A stretch of DNA of 64,000 bases from NCBI RefSeq assembly GCF_009914755.1, contig NC_060925.1; one strand, 5' to 3'. Both the position numbers and the translations under genes were made by a program. How positions within the stretch are numbered: position 1 is the stretch's first letter; the number at the start of each line of letters is the position of its first letter. Below the pieces are notes generated by a model that saw only the letters and a program-made list of their open reading frames with translations, made no database searches and was not told the origin of the DNA. The stretch comes from the human T2T-CHM13v2.0 reference genome, Homo sapiens. This document shows, in pieces, positions 28,808-40,372 of this stretch.

Positions 28808-29183
28808 TGTCAGTCTGCTCGGGCTGCCATAACAAAACGCCATAGACTGGGTGGCTTAAAACACAGGAAATTATTTCCACGGTTCTGGAGGCAAATGTCG
28901 GGGGTCACATGCCAGCTCGGTGGAGTGCTGGTGAGGGCTCCCCTCCTGGCCTGCAGACAGCTGCCTTCTCATTATATCCTCACATGGTGGTGAGGGTGCA
29001 CAGGGAGAGAGCTCTCTGGGGTCTCTTTTTGTCAGGATGCTAATCCCATCCTGGGGGCCTCACCGTCATGACCTCCTCTAACCCTAATCACCTCCCAAAG
29101 GCCCCGCCTCCTAATACTATCCCACGGAGGGGTTAGGGCATCAACATAAGAATTTGGAGGGGGCCACAGTTCAGTCCACAGCA
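28808..29183 (-). mobile_element. MLT1A-type MaLR LTR inserted in L2
   Basis: gggctgccataacaaaacgccatagactgggtggcttaaa ... ttcagtccacagca. Confidence 0.88.
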
Positions 29184-29389
29184 GGATGTGTGTGTGTGGA
29201 GTGAAGCAGGTACTTCAGGCTGAAGGAATGCCTGGGCAAAGGCAAGGAGACAGGACTCGGTGCCACCAGTCAGGGAACTAGAAGCAACTCAATATGTTGA
29301 GGAAGCAGGGCAGGCTCTCGGGGCTGGGATGAGAGATGAGGCTGGAGTGACCCATGTGCCATGCAAAGGCTTTTGAGTTTTAACTCGAG

Positions 29390-29520
29390 GCCCTGTGCTT
29401 CCCCAGACTGACCGGGCCTCAACATCACCTGGGAATCCTGGAAGGAAACAGGTTCCTGGGCCTTGCTCCAACCTAAGGAACCCGAATCTGCATAGGTGAG
29501 GCCTCAGAATCAGCCTTCCC
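29390..29520. mobile_element. MER5A-like hAT fragment
   Basis: catcacctgggaatcctgg...ttcctgggccttgctcc...gaatctgcataggtgaggcc. Confidence 0.45.
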
Positions 29521-31549
29521 AGCAGCGCGGTGGGGAGTACAGGGGAGCCGCGGGAGGGTTTTGGGAGGGGGGAAGCAGCTACATGGTAGACCCTGCACGC
29601 GCCCTCGCTCCTCTGCTGGAGGAAGTGATGAGGGCAGGCCTGGGGCTGGCAATGGGATCCTCAGCAGTTGCTGCTCAGATCAGTTGCCTCCTTGGACCAT
29701 GTTCCCATGAGCAAGACAGGAGCCACCAGGAAATGCAGGTTTCCATTTGGACAAGCTCCTTTAGGCTGGACAGTCGAGGGATGGTAGAAGTGTGCCCCCA
29801 CCCCATTCCTGCCCCACTTTGCTCTAATGGTGTGAGTTGGAAGGACCATCTCCCTCACTTTTCCCTTCATCCTGAGTGAAACCTGGTTTCCACAGCTCAC
29901 ATGGCGCCGTATTTCCAACGTTCAGAGCACATTGGAAAGTTGGGAGGAAGGATGAGGCTTGTGTTTTCACTCACAGTAAGTCAAAGGGGCTTCTTGGGAT
30001 GGTCCATTTCCCTAGTTGTTCAGCAGAGGAAGGGGCTTTGTGATCACTGTTTACATTGTATTTGTTTTCCTCCTAGAACTCCCTCCAGAAGATGATAATG
30101 AAAGTGTCTGACGCATAAGGAAATAAATAAGATGGTTATGTGCCCAGCTCAAGGGCTAAGGTGTTGGTCAAGACCACACCCGAGGGGCTGCCAGTCACAG
30201 GGTGGGGTCCAAGCTCCTCACCAGACCCAACCTCCCCTGCTCTGCAACCTCATCCTTCCCCTGTCTTTCCTGGGTTAAATTTTACACTTAGTAACACTGA
30301 AACCAGGCAGTTTCACACCTCCGAGCCTGCATCTATGCTCATCTCTTTACCTGAAACGTCTTCTCTCACCCCTCCCCCTCTGTCTGGCTAATTCCTGCTC
30401 ATTCTCCAAGACCCAGTTCTCCGTGGTACCCCTTCTCACCCAACACACACCCCTCAATCTAGCCTTTTCTGTGAGCAACCTACACCACCTTATGCTGACC
30501 TGGTTGGGAGCACATATATAGAAAGTTTGTGTGCCTGCCCCTCCCCAACTCCCCAGTTCCTCAAAAGTAGGGTCTGTGGTGCTAAATTTTGTCTCTGCAG
30601 TCTCTGACATATCTAGGAGCTCAACATATATCTGCTAAATCAAACAGAATCCAGATGAACAAGAATGCCCTCGACATGTAGATGTCACAATTCAACAGCA
30701 TTCTAAGGGTTTGCTCGTGCTCATGGGTATCTTTAGGACAGGTGGCTTTTAAGGCCTCAATATAGATGTAACACCCTACTCCCCTCGCACAAAAAACAAA
30801 AAAACAAAAAAAACTTTAACCCAAATAAACTGAAAGTGATTATTTGCATCTCAAAAGATTGGGGGGAGGCAGGTTTTCTTTAAACATTAAACCTTTGCTG
30901 GAACTTTCAGAAACTTTCCTTATAGATCATTAACTTCTGGGGGAGGGTGGGAGCAGAAGCCGTGGAGTCTGAATTCAGAGGTGCCTCTATAAAAGAGGAA
31001 GCAAGGCAGAAAATCTTGGAACCAGACAGAGCTGGGTTCAGATTCTAGCTATACTAGCTGTGTGGCCTTGGGCAAGCTACTTAACCTCTCTGCAGCTCGA
31101 TTTCTTTATCACTAAAGTGGAGATACACTATACCTATTTTGCATGGTTGTTGTAAAGATGCAAAAGATCCTATGTGGGGTACCTTAGCTCATAGGATGCC
31201 CCCAATAATAGTAACAGTGTTGCTGCTGTCAGGCTTAACACTGGGCATGCAGGAGAAGAAGGAGTCTTGAGGGGCTTTTAACTTAGACGGCAGGAATAAG
31301 AAAGCCAGGAAGGGCCAAGCCACTGTGCCAGCACATTTTCAGTATCACAGCACTTCATGATTTTTTTCACAAATCTTTTGATTTTTTTTTAAACTAAATC
31401 TTTCCATGTTGAACAGGCAGATGCTGGCGACAGCACTGTGCAGTGTACTGGCATGAGGGCCTGGACTCTAGGAGGCTGGACTGCAGCTTACCCAGCTGTG
31501 GATCCTGGGGCGTTCACTTACACTCAGTGTCTATAGAAAGGAGACAATA

Positions 31550-32018
<469 letters not shown>

Positions 32019-32114
32019 TTAAAGGAACTTCTTGTTCTGGGAACATGGTGAGTTTCGGGGAGGGAAGAGGCCACCCAGGACCCTGGAGACCACCTGTCAC
32101 CAGAGCTGTGTAAC

Positions 32115-32932
32115 TGCTACAGGAGAGGTGTCCCAATCCAGACCACAAGAAAGGGTTCTTGCATCTCTCGCAAGAAAGAATTCAGGGCAAGGCTGGGCGT
32201 GGTGGCTCATGCCTGTAATCCCAAACTTTGGGAGGCCGAGGCAGGTGGATCACTTGAGGCCAGGAGTTCGAGACCATCCTGGGCAACATGGTGAAACCCC
32301 ATCTCTACTAAAAATACAAAAAGTAGCCAGGCGTGGTGGTGCATGTCTATAGCCCCAGCTACTCAGGAGGCTGAGGTGGGAGAATCCATCGCCCCACTGC
32401 CCTCCAGCCTGGGCAACAGAGCAAGACTCTGTCTCAAAAAAAAAAAAAAAAAGAAAAAAAAAGCAAGGTGCGTTCACAGTGCAAAGCAAAAGCAAGTTTA
32501 GTAAGAAAGTAAAGTGGTGAAAGTACAGCTACTCCATAGACAGAGGAGGGAGTTCTGGAAAGTACGAGGAGGAACGCATCCACCCTGGGTACAATACTCG
32601 CTTACACAGGATAAAAAAGGATCATGGGGAGATGTGCTGTGCTACAAGGGTTTGTGATAAAGGATTAATTTTCTTAGTTACTATATTTTGCAATAATCGA
32701 TATTATTAACTTTAAAGCATAATTACAAATGAGTCTGTTCTCAAGATATCAGGATATCAGGACACTCCTAAGTCTGGGTCTGTTTAGCAAACGTTATTAA
32801 TTTGTTCTCTTAGCCGTAAATATCTAGAAGCTGGGTATAGCTAACTCACTGGGAATGTGGCCCAGCAAGTCCCAGCCTCATTTTCCTCGCCCTCACACAA
32901 GATGGAGTCGCTCTGGTTCGAAGCCTCTGACG
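32115..32932 (-). mobile_element. MER41 (C/D-like) solo LTR, interrupted by an Alu
   Basis: Reverse complement begins (C)GTCAGAGGCTTCGAACCAGAGCGACTCCATCTTG. The other end is tgctacaggagaggtgtcccaatccagacc. 4 bp TSD taac at 32111-32114 and 32933-32936. Confidence 0.85.
32191..32460 (+). mobile_element. Alu with a right-arm deletion, inside MER41
   Basis: Left arm intact. gagaatcc|atcgccccactgc junction, then poly-A. Confidence 0.9.
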
Positions 32933-33339
32933 TAACCTTGGGCCTGTACTGTGACACAGAGGGTTTGCACTGGATAATCTCTCAAGCTCCTAGATTGCCA
33001 AGACGCCAGTCCACTCACAGCTCCCCAGGCTCCGCTCTCCTGTTGCCCTGCCAGACGCCCCTTCCCCCACCTTGTGCAGAGTAACCCCCTCCTGACTCAA
33101 GAGGCAGCCCCTCTAGAAAACTTCCTTCCCCTCCTCCCCTGCCCCGGTACATATTGCGCGGCCCTTACTGTTGCTGTGTCTGTCCTGTCATCTGGAGGTG
33201 CACAACTACCCCATGCTTTACAGTGAAGCCAGTCGGCTGAAGGAAAGATGAACGGGCACTTTCTCTTTGTAGAGATTTCCGGAATCTCCTGAGGCCACTT
33301 TTATTGCTTCCCGTCTTTGTGAAAAAATAGGCTTGGAAA

Positions 33340-34760
33340 TAGGTGAGGCTCGGTCACCCCCTCTGGGTGGAAGGAGAAAGCAAGCTCCGTCGGTTTGGGC
33401 CGCGGCTGCAGGGAATGCCCCTGGTTGCGACCCCCGTCCCGCGCTGGGGAAAGTGATCTGCTCGAGAGCCCCCAGGACCCTGAGAACCGGTCCCCACCCA
33501 AGGCGGCGGCGGGCAATTCCGGCACCGCGGCAGACGGGATGCGCGGAGCGCGTTCCCTCCGGGTTTCCCTCACGCCTCTGGAGAGCGGGAACCAACGACC
33601 TTGACCTCGGAGGAAACGGCTCTACGGAGCGATGGACGGCCCCACAGAGAGGGCGGCCGGCTCCTCTGGAAAACTTGTCCACACAAAAGGCATTCCTCAG
33701 CTTCCACCCCGAAAGGCGAGCCCTGGGTGTAGGGTTACCAGCGGCGCGCGGAGCCCGCCGAGAACGTGGTGCGCCCCCAGCTCCTGCCCGCGCTCCCCGG
33801 CCTCCGTGCGCCCCGCGCGCCTCCGCTCTTGCGCCCGCTTTCCCGCGGGGAAGGGGCCACCGCCCTGCGAGGCTGGCGGCCGCCCCGTCGTCCCCAAGCT
33901 CGGGGCCGCCCTGGACTTCCATCCCGCGCCTCTGACGGCCGGGGACACTCGCTCCCTGGGCCGCGGCTCAGGAGAGGCGGCCCCGCGGGGCTCCGGGCGG
34001 GGTGGGAGGCCGAGGCCCGGCTCCTCCAGCCCCTCCCGCGGCCCCACCTCTCCGCGCTCGGCTCCCTCTGCCCAGCGCGGGCCGGGAAGGCGCGGGCTTG
34101 GCCGCTCTTCCCCTCCACGGCAAAGCCGTGAACGGACAGCTGATGCCACTTCCTTCCCTGCCAGCGCCCTCCCTGCCCGACCCCGCTTCCCGTCCTCTCG
34201 CCGGGAGGGAGTGCGGCCCGTGGGGCGCTGCGCCGGCCAGACCCACCCGGGGCCCGGGGGCTGCCAGCAGAGCCGGGAGCTGGCCCGGCCTCGGCGCCGT
34301 CCCGGACCCCCAGTCGGCCGCGCCCCGAGGGGCGAGGCCTGCGGGCCGCACTCCCTCCGGCCCCGGATTCGGGGCTGGAAGTCCCTCCCCGAACCCAGCA
34401 GCTGGCCTGGGAGGGAGAAGGGGCTGGAGAGGGCCTGGCCTCTCCGAGGGATGGAGGGGACAGAGGCGGCGGCGGCCAAACCCGCGGGCGGCAGCCCCCA
34501 GTGAGTATAGAGGAGGCAGCGCCGGGCCGGCCGGGCGGGGGTGGCGGACCGGCGGGGCGGAGGAGCGGGGAGCCCAGGTCGCCCCGGCCACTGGGAAGCG
34601 GGCCTCCCACGGGCTCGGAGCTGGAAGGGTCGTGGGGAGGCCCGCCCTTCACGTCCATCTTCGTTTGGCCCCTCTGAGTTAGGGGAAATACATCACAGTG
34701 CTTGGGCCATAGAACCAGGCAGCTCCGAGCTGACCGATCTTCCCGAAAGCCCGTGCCCAG
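33340..34760. promoter_or_regulatory. KIAA1614: CpG island: KIAA1614 promoter, 5' UTR and exon 1
   Basis: Very GC- and CpG-dense with no evident TATA box. GC boxes (e.g. gggcggggtggg ~33996) and an E2F-type TTTCCCGC at 33839-33846. Contains the start codon. Confidence 0.92.
34451..34500 (+). CDS. KIAA1614: KIAA1614 coding exon 1
   Basis: Strong Kozak gggATGg, MEGTEAAAAKPAGGSP(Q), donor CA|GTGAGT at 34501. Confidence 0.95.
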
Positions 34761-34839
34761 GGGACTCCAGTGGGAGGGTCTCATTCTTTAAGGTCTCTGG
34801 CGTGCTGTTCCAGAGTTTACCCATCAACAATTCTTACTT

Positions 34840-34935
34840 TAATTTTTTGGAGCCAGGGTCTCGCTCTGTCGCCCAGGCTGGAGTGCAGTGGTGCGATCAT
34901 GGCTCACTGCAACCTCGACCTCCCGGGCTCAAGCC
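34840..34935 (-). mobile_element. Alu right-arm fragment
   Basis: gggtctcgctctgtcgcccaggctggagtgcagtggtgcgatcatggctcactgc, CpG-rich. Confidence 0.8.
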
Positions 34936-35739
34936 CGGCCTCCTCTGGCTTCAGCCTCCCCAAAAACAAAAAGTTATTTTAACTTAACAGAAATTGCTCA
35001 TATTACATTCTAATCCCCTGTTTTCTGGATTGGACTTTAGAGGAGAAGAAGGAGATGCAAAGAGAAACTTGCTGCATTCTAGATTAACTCATAGAACAAA
35101 TTATTTCTGTCCTCCTAAAGATAATCCTTAAACTTTACTGGCTTAAAACTGGTGTGACATTTCGCATTATATGTGTATTTTGCTTTATAAAATATGTGCA
35201 TTCCTGAAAGCTTGTGTATAAATTGAATTGTAATAAACGACTACAGAGAGACTTGCCATTTAAGAGAATTTTATGGTGAATACTTGGTCCGTGTTACGAA
35301 GTGGATAACTCCTAATTTGTAGTGTATACACATAAGGATTTTTATGCACAAAGTTTACTTCAAGGGGGGGGGGACATCTAGATGTGTGATATTAAAGTTG
35401 TATTTTTCTCAGAAGGTAGAATCAATATTAAAACGCTGTGGCATGTAGATATGCATGCAACACCCTGAGTCAAACCCCTGCTCACCTTCATTCCTTGTGA
35501 AGGGATAAACATCAGCCATGCTGCTAAGGATCTGTGCAGCGCTGACAAGCCACCTAGCCTCTGGGGATGGAACATTATCATTTACAGAATAAGGGGAGTA
35601 GGGTTAAGTGATCACTACATGTTTTGGAAAAGGCCTGGGCTTGGAATGAGAAGCTTTGGTTTCCAAACTGGGCCTCCTCTTAGCACCTGTGTATTGTAAT
35701 CTGTGCCTCAGTTTCTCCATCTGTAGAAGTATATAATAA

Positions 35740-36326
<587 letters not shown>

Positions 36327-36851
36327 TAGGGACAGGATTATTGGGGGGAGTGTGTTTGAAAGCACTTGCAGTCCCGCCTGGCATAGAGCAGATGCCTAAT
36401 CGGCGTTCCTGACTGGTCAAGGTCTCCCTTTGAGCTCAACCCCATGCTGTGGTCCTGTGGCTTGTGCATCAGGGGTCAGGGGTGAGGTTGGATGCAGCAC
36501 CTTCTACTGGAGGTCAGATCCTGCTTGGTGTCTTCCTGATGTCTATCATCCTCATTGGCTCCCCTTGGAGAGGGAAGAGCATGTTGCCTGTTAGCAGATG
36601 CGGGCATCCTCCACTGAAGCTACCCTTCAGCAAAGTAAGAGGCCAGGGATTGGGAAATCACCCTGGTTTTCACTCTGGTCCACATTTGGCATAGGATTAG
36701 TTGTCCTCTGAAGCTTCATTTTGCCCGTCTATAAAATGGGGATAGAAAAACTAGAACACTACTGAGACTTGGAAGAAAAAATTCAACAATAACTTATTTG
36801 CACTCTTCAATGACTTGCATTTTTTTAAAAGTGCTTTCACGTTATCTATAG

Positions 36852-37219
36852 CAGGGCTCCCCAACCCCCGGGGCCACGAACCAATAGCGGTCCACAGCCC
36901 ATAGCAGTCTGTGGCCTGTTAGGAACCAGGCCGCACAGCAGGAGGTGAGTGGCAGCGAGCAAGTGAGCATTACCACCTGAGCTCTGCCTCCTGTCAGACC
37001 AGCAGTGGCATTAGATTTTCATAGGAGCACAAATTTTATTGTGAACTGCGCATGTGAGGGAGCTAGGGTGCAAGCTCCTTATGAGAATCTAATGCCTCAT
37101 GATGTGAAGTGGAACAGTTTCATCCCAAAACCATTCCACCGCACCCCGCCCCCGATCCATGGAAAAACTGTCTTTCATGAAACCAGTCCCTCTGGTGCCA
37201 AAAAGGTTGGAGACCACTG
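36852..37219 (+). mobile_element. MER1B (hAT-Charlie) DNA transposon
   Basis: TIRs cagggctccccaacc / ggttggagaccactg, MER1B-type internal sequence, 8 bp TSD atctatag/atcaagag. Confidence 0.88.
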
Positions 37220-37360
37220 ATCAAGAGAGCATCCCCTGCTCTGTCTCCAGGTTACTTTCATCTGGACAGGACTCAACGCCAAGACACTTTGGGGCCCCGG
37301 GAGGTTGTGGGGGTTAGTCCTGTGCTGGGTCTTAGGAACTCTGTCTGTTTTCTCCTCCAG

Positions 37361-38307
37361 AGGGCCCAAGACAGGGAGTGGAACAGCCAGCCCCGTGGAG
37401 GGGACCTCAGCTGTGGAGTGGAGTGGTCCTGAGCCACAGCTGGATAACGGACACCCCCCAAGACCCTGGCCTTGCCCTCAGGAAAACAGAACATCCAGCC
37501 CGATGGCCCCCCAGCCTCCCAGGGTATGGGGAGTACAGCTCCAGGGCCCCTCTGTGCTGGAATCCAAGGTGAGGGCTTTGAAGGAGAAGATGACAGTGGC
37601 CAAACAGGGAGTGAGTCCCTGCTCTGCTTCCCAAGAGTGGTCATCCCCCAAGAAACCCCAATGCAGACGAGGCAAGGCAGGGAGAGCCGGGACTCCATCA
37701 GAGGGGTCTTTCCTGCCAGGTGCTGTGGTGGCTCCTCGTACCCAAAACCTGCCTGATGGGCAGCTGGACGGCAGCATCAATGAGGAGCAACCCGCCAGGG
37801 ATGGAGGCCCCAGGCTTCCCAGGCCGCCTGCCCCTGGACGTGAGTACTGCAACAGGGGGAGCCCGTGGCCTCCAGAAGCCGAATGGACACTTCCTGACCA
37901 TGACAGAGGTCCGCTGCTGGGGCCCAGCTCTTTGCAACAGAGCCCGATCCATGGAGTTACTCCCGGACGGCCTGGGGGTCCTGGTCATTGTAACAAAATC
38001 ATCCACATTCCCAGCCCAAGGACAGGAAGGTCCTACCCTTTTCCAGATGGCGTGGTGACAGAGGCAGATCTGGATAGCACATCCCTGACCTCCGAGGAGG
38101 TCTTTGTCCCCAGGACGGCCCTGCTGGGTGAGCGCTGGAGAGCTGGAGACCTGGAGGCTCTGGGCGCTGGGAGCAGTGTCTTGTCCCTGTCTGATCGGGT
38201 GGAGAGAAACCGCCTGTTGCTGCAGGAGATGCTCAACGTTTCTGGGCAGAGCCCCCGCAAGGTGGGAACCCCTGCCTGGACTCCATCCTGGGACACAGCT
38301 GCACCAG
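37361..38307 (+). CDS. KIAA1614: KIAA1614 coding exon 2 (947 bp)
   Basis: ttttctcctccag acceptor. CA|A gives Q-GPKTGSG...WDTAAP. Donor G|GTGAAG at 38308. Phases match exons 1 and 3. Confidence 0.96.
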
Positions 38308-38662
38308 GTGAAGCTCACTGTGTAGGTCCAGGTGGTGGGGGGAGCAGGAGGGAATCCAGAGGGAGGAAAAGGGGACGAGGGGGTCCCACAGAGGGAGTGG
38401 GGCAGGAAAGGAGGGAGAGCCTGACAGTTGCCTGTCATCAAAATCATCAGGATGGCCTCTTGTCCTTGGCTGTGACAGATTCTTTGCAGCCTCACAGGCA
38501 GCCTGTCTGCCGAAGCCCCCCATGACCCTGCAGACCAATAGGAGGCCACCCTGCGTGCTTGGGGTTAGAGGCCACTATGATGTCTTCTTTGCGGCTTGGA
38601 TTCCTTTCCGGAGTGGCTTTTTGCCTCTCCCTCAAGTGACATGCCCTCACCCCTTAGTGAGG

Positions 38663-38674
38663 GCCCTCTGGTGG
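38663..38674 (-). promoter_or_regulatory. Candidate CTCF site (reverse)
   Basis: GCCCTCTGGTGG reads CCACCAGAGGGC on the minus strand. Confidence 0.45.
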
Positions 38675-39057
38675 GGCAAGCAGACAGGAATCCCTTCCTA
38701 AAAGGAGGCTGGGCGTTCTAGCAGCTGGGCTGAGCTCAGACGGTAGCACCAATGGGATGTACAAGTGTCCAAACCCTAGAGGACAGCCTCTTTCCCCTCC
38801 CGCCTTCTCATTCCAAAATCTCACAAGCTCATTCATCACCGCATGCCTGAGCCCAGGCATGTGGTCCTCTCAGCATATGGCTGTGCCCACAGCAGTCATC
38901 GTGACAGGCTCAGCCTCCAATTTTCAGGCAAAGTGTTAGATTTATCTGGGGAGTAAGTTGCTTCTGGAGAAACTCTTCTCCTCAGTGTTCACTAAGTGGC
39001 AGCTGAGAGCCCTGTTTCTGGCTCTGTCCTGATCTCTGCTTCTGTTCTGGATCCTAG

Positions 39058-39121
39058 AGCGACCAGTGGGGGATGTGGACTGGGCCTCGGGCACCTCCTT
39101 GCAGGACTCCGGCCAGAACAG
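39058..39121 (+). CDS. KIAA1614: KIAA1614 coding exon 3 (64 bp)
   Basis: cctag acceptor, (E)[20 protein letters not shown](R), donor AG|GTAAGA. Confidence 0.93.
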
Positions 39122-40008
39122 GTAAGAGCTCAGAGCCCACATTTTCTCTCCCTCCCTCCTCACCATGGTCCCTCTATTTACTCAGCATCAGGACAGTAAG
39201 AGACCTCCCAAAGTGAGAGGGCAGGCAGACTCCTGCACCAGCAGACCAGTGGACGTCATCATCCCTGAGACCCTGCAGAAATTGCCAGTAACCCCCACCG
39301 CCACATCCCCCAGGCTGGTGCCTCCCTGCTACTTGAGCAAAACCACCAGGGAACAAAGCGCATTGCTAACTACCTGCTCCATGTCCATGGAGCCATTTCC
39401 CTTGCCCAGGCCTCTTTATCTTTAAAGTTGGGGAAATAGCATCTGTCTGGTTCACTTCACAGGACCATTGTGAGGCCGAAGTGAGATCATCGTTGTGAAA
39501 ATCACTGGGGAAAATGTACAAAGCCTTACCCCAATTCCGTTCCCAGTCAAGAGGTTGTGCTGGGATCATGTCAAAGATTTCACCTCCAACCTTACCATGC
39601 TATCCCACGGCCTTCGCTCCAGCCCCTCCACCAAATATTTTGGGGAAGCTGGACCCACCAAGGTGTAGCGGGGGAATTGGGGCTGCCTGTCCTTCATGGC
39701 AGTGTCCTGAGCCAGGCAGAGTGAGAAAAGTACACTCAAGGTGGGAGTGGGGCCATCGGCAGGCCTGACTGCAGCTGGCACCTGCACAGAGGTTGAACCC
39801 AGCCTCAGTCTTTGCGAGGCTCCTGGTCCACAAGGCTGAGAGGTCCTGGAGCTCTCGTTTCCCCAGCTGTCTGGTGTTGTCAGCCCCTGCGAGGCCTTGT
39901 GGTTTCTGCGGAGGGCAGAGGTCGACACGGTTGCTGCTCCGGTGTAAGGCGGCTCCTGCACAAATCCCACTCAGTTAGAACCACCTCCAGAAAACGTGGA
40001 CAGACCTC

Positions 40009-40372
40009 TGTCTTAGTCTATTTGGGCTGCTATAACAAAAAGCCTATAGAGGCTGGGTGGCTTACTAACAGAAATTTATTGCTCACAGTTCTGGGGACTG
40101 TGAGGTCCAGGATCAAGGCACAAGCAGATTCAGCATCTGGTGAGGGCTGCTCTTGGTTGATTCATAGATGGTGCCTTCTTGCTGTGCCCTCAGGTGGAGG
40201 AAAGGGCAAGGCAGCCCTCTGGGGCCTCTTAGAAGGGCACTAATCCCATTCATGAGGGCCATGCCCCATGACCTACTTACCTCCCAAAGCTCCACCTCCT
40301 GACACCCTCACACTGGGGATATGGTTTCAACCTAGGAATCTTGGGGAGACACAAACACTGAGTCCACCGTAG
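40009..40372 (-). mobile_element. MLT1A/MST-type MaLR solo LTR
   Basis: tgtcttagtctatttgggctgctataacaaa ... gacacaaacactgagtccaccgtag. Confidence 0.87.

Noticed and set aside
33218-34784. 200-349 aa ORFs on both strands of the promoter
   Set aside because: Stop-codon scarcity in a CpG island. Only the two frames linked to the spliced mRNA were kept as findings.
37305-37360. Signal-peptide-like [18 protein letters not shown] start of the 406 aa ORF
   Set aside because: It begins at TTG and is the translated polypyrimidine tract of intron 1. The real exon starts at 37361.
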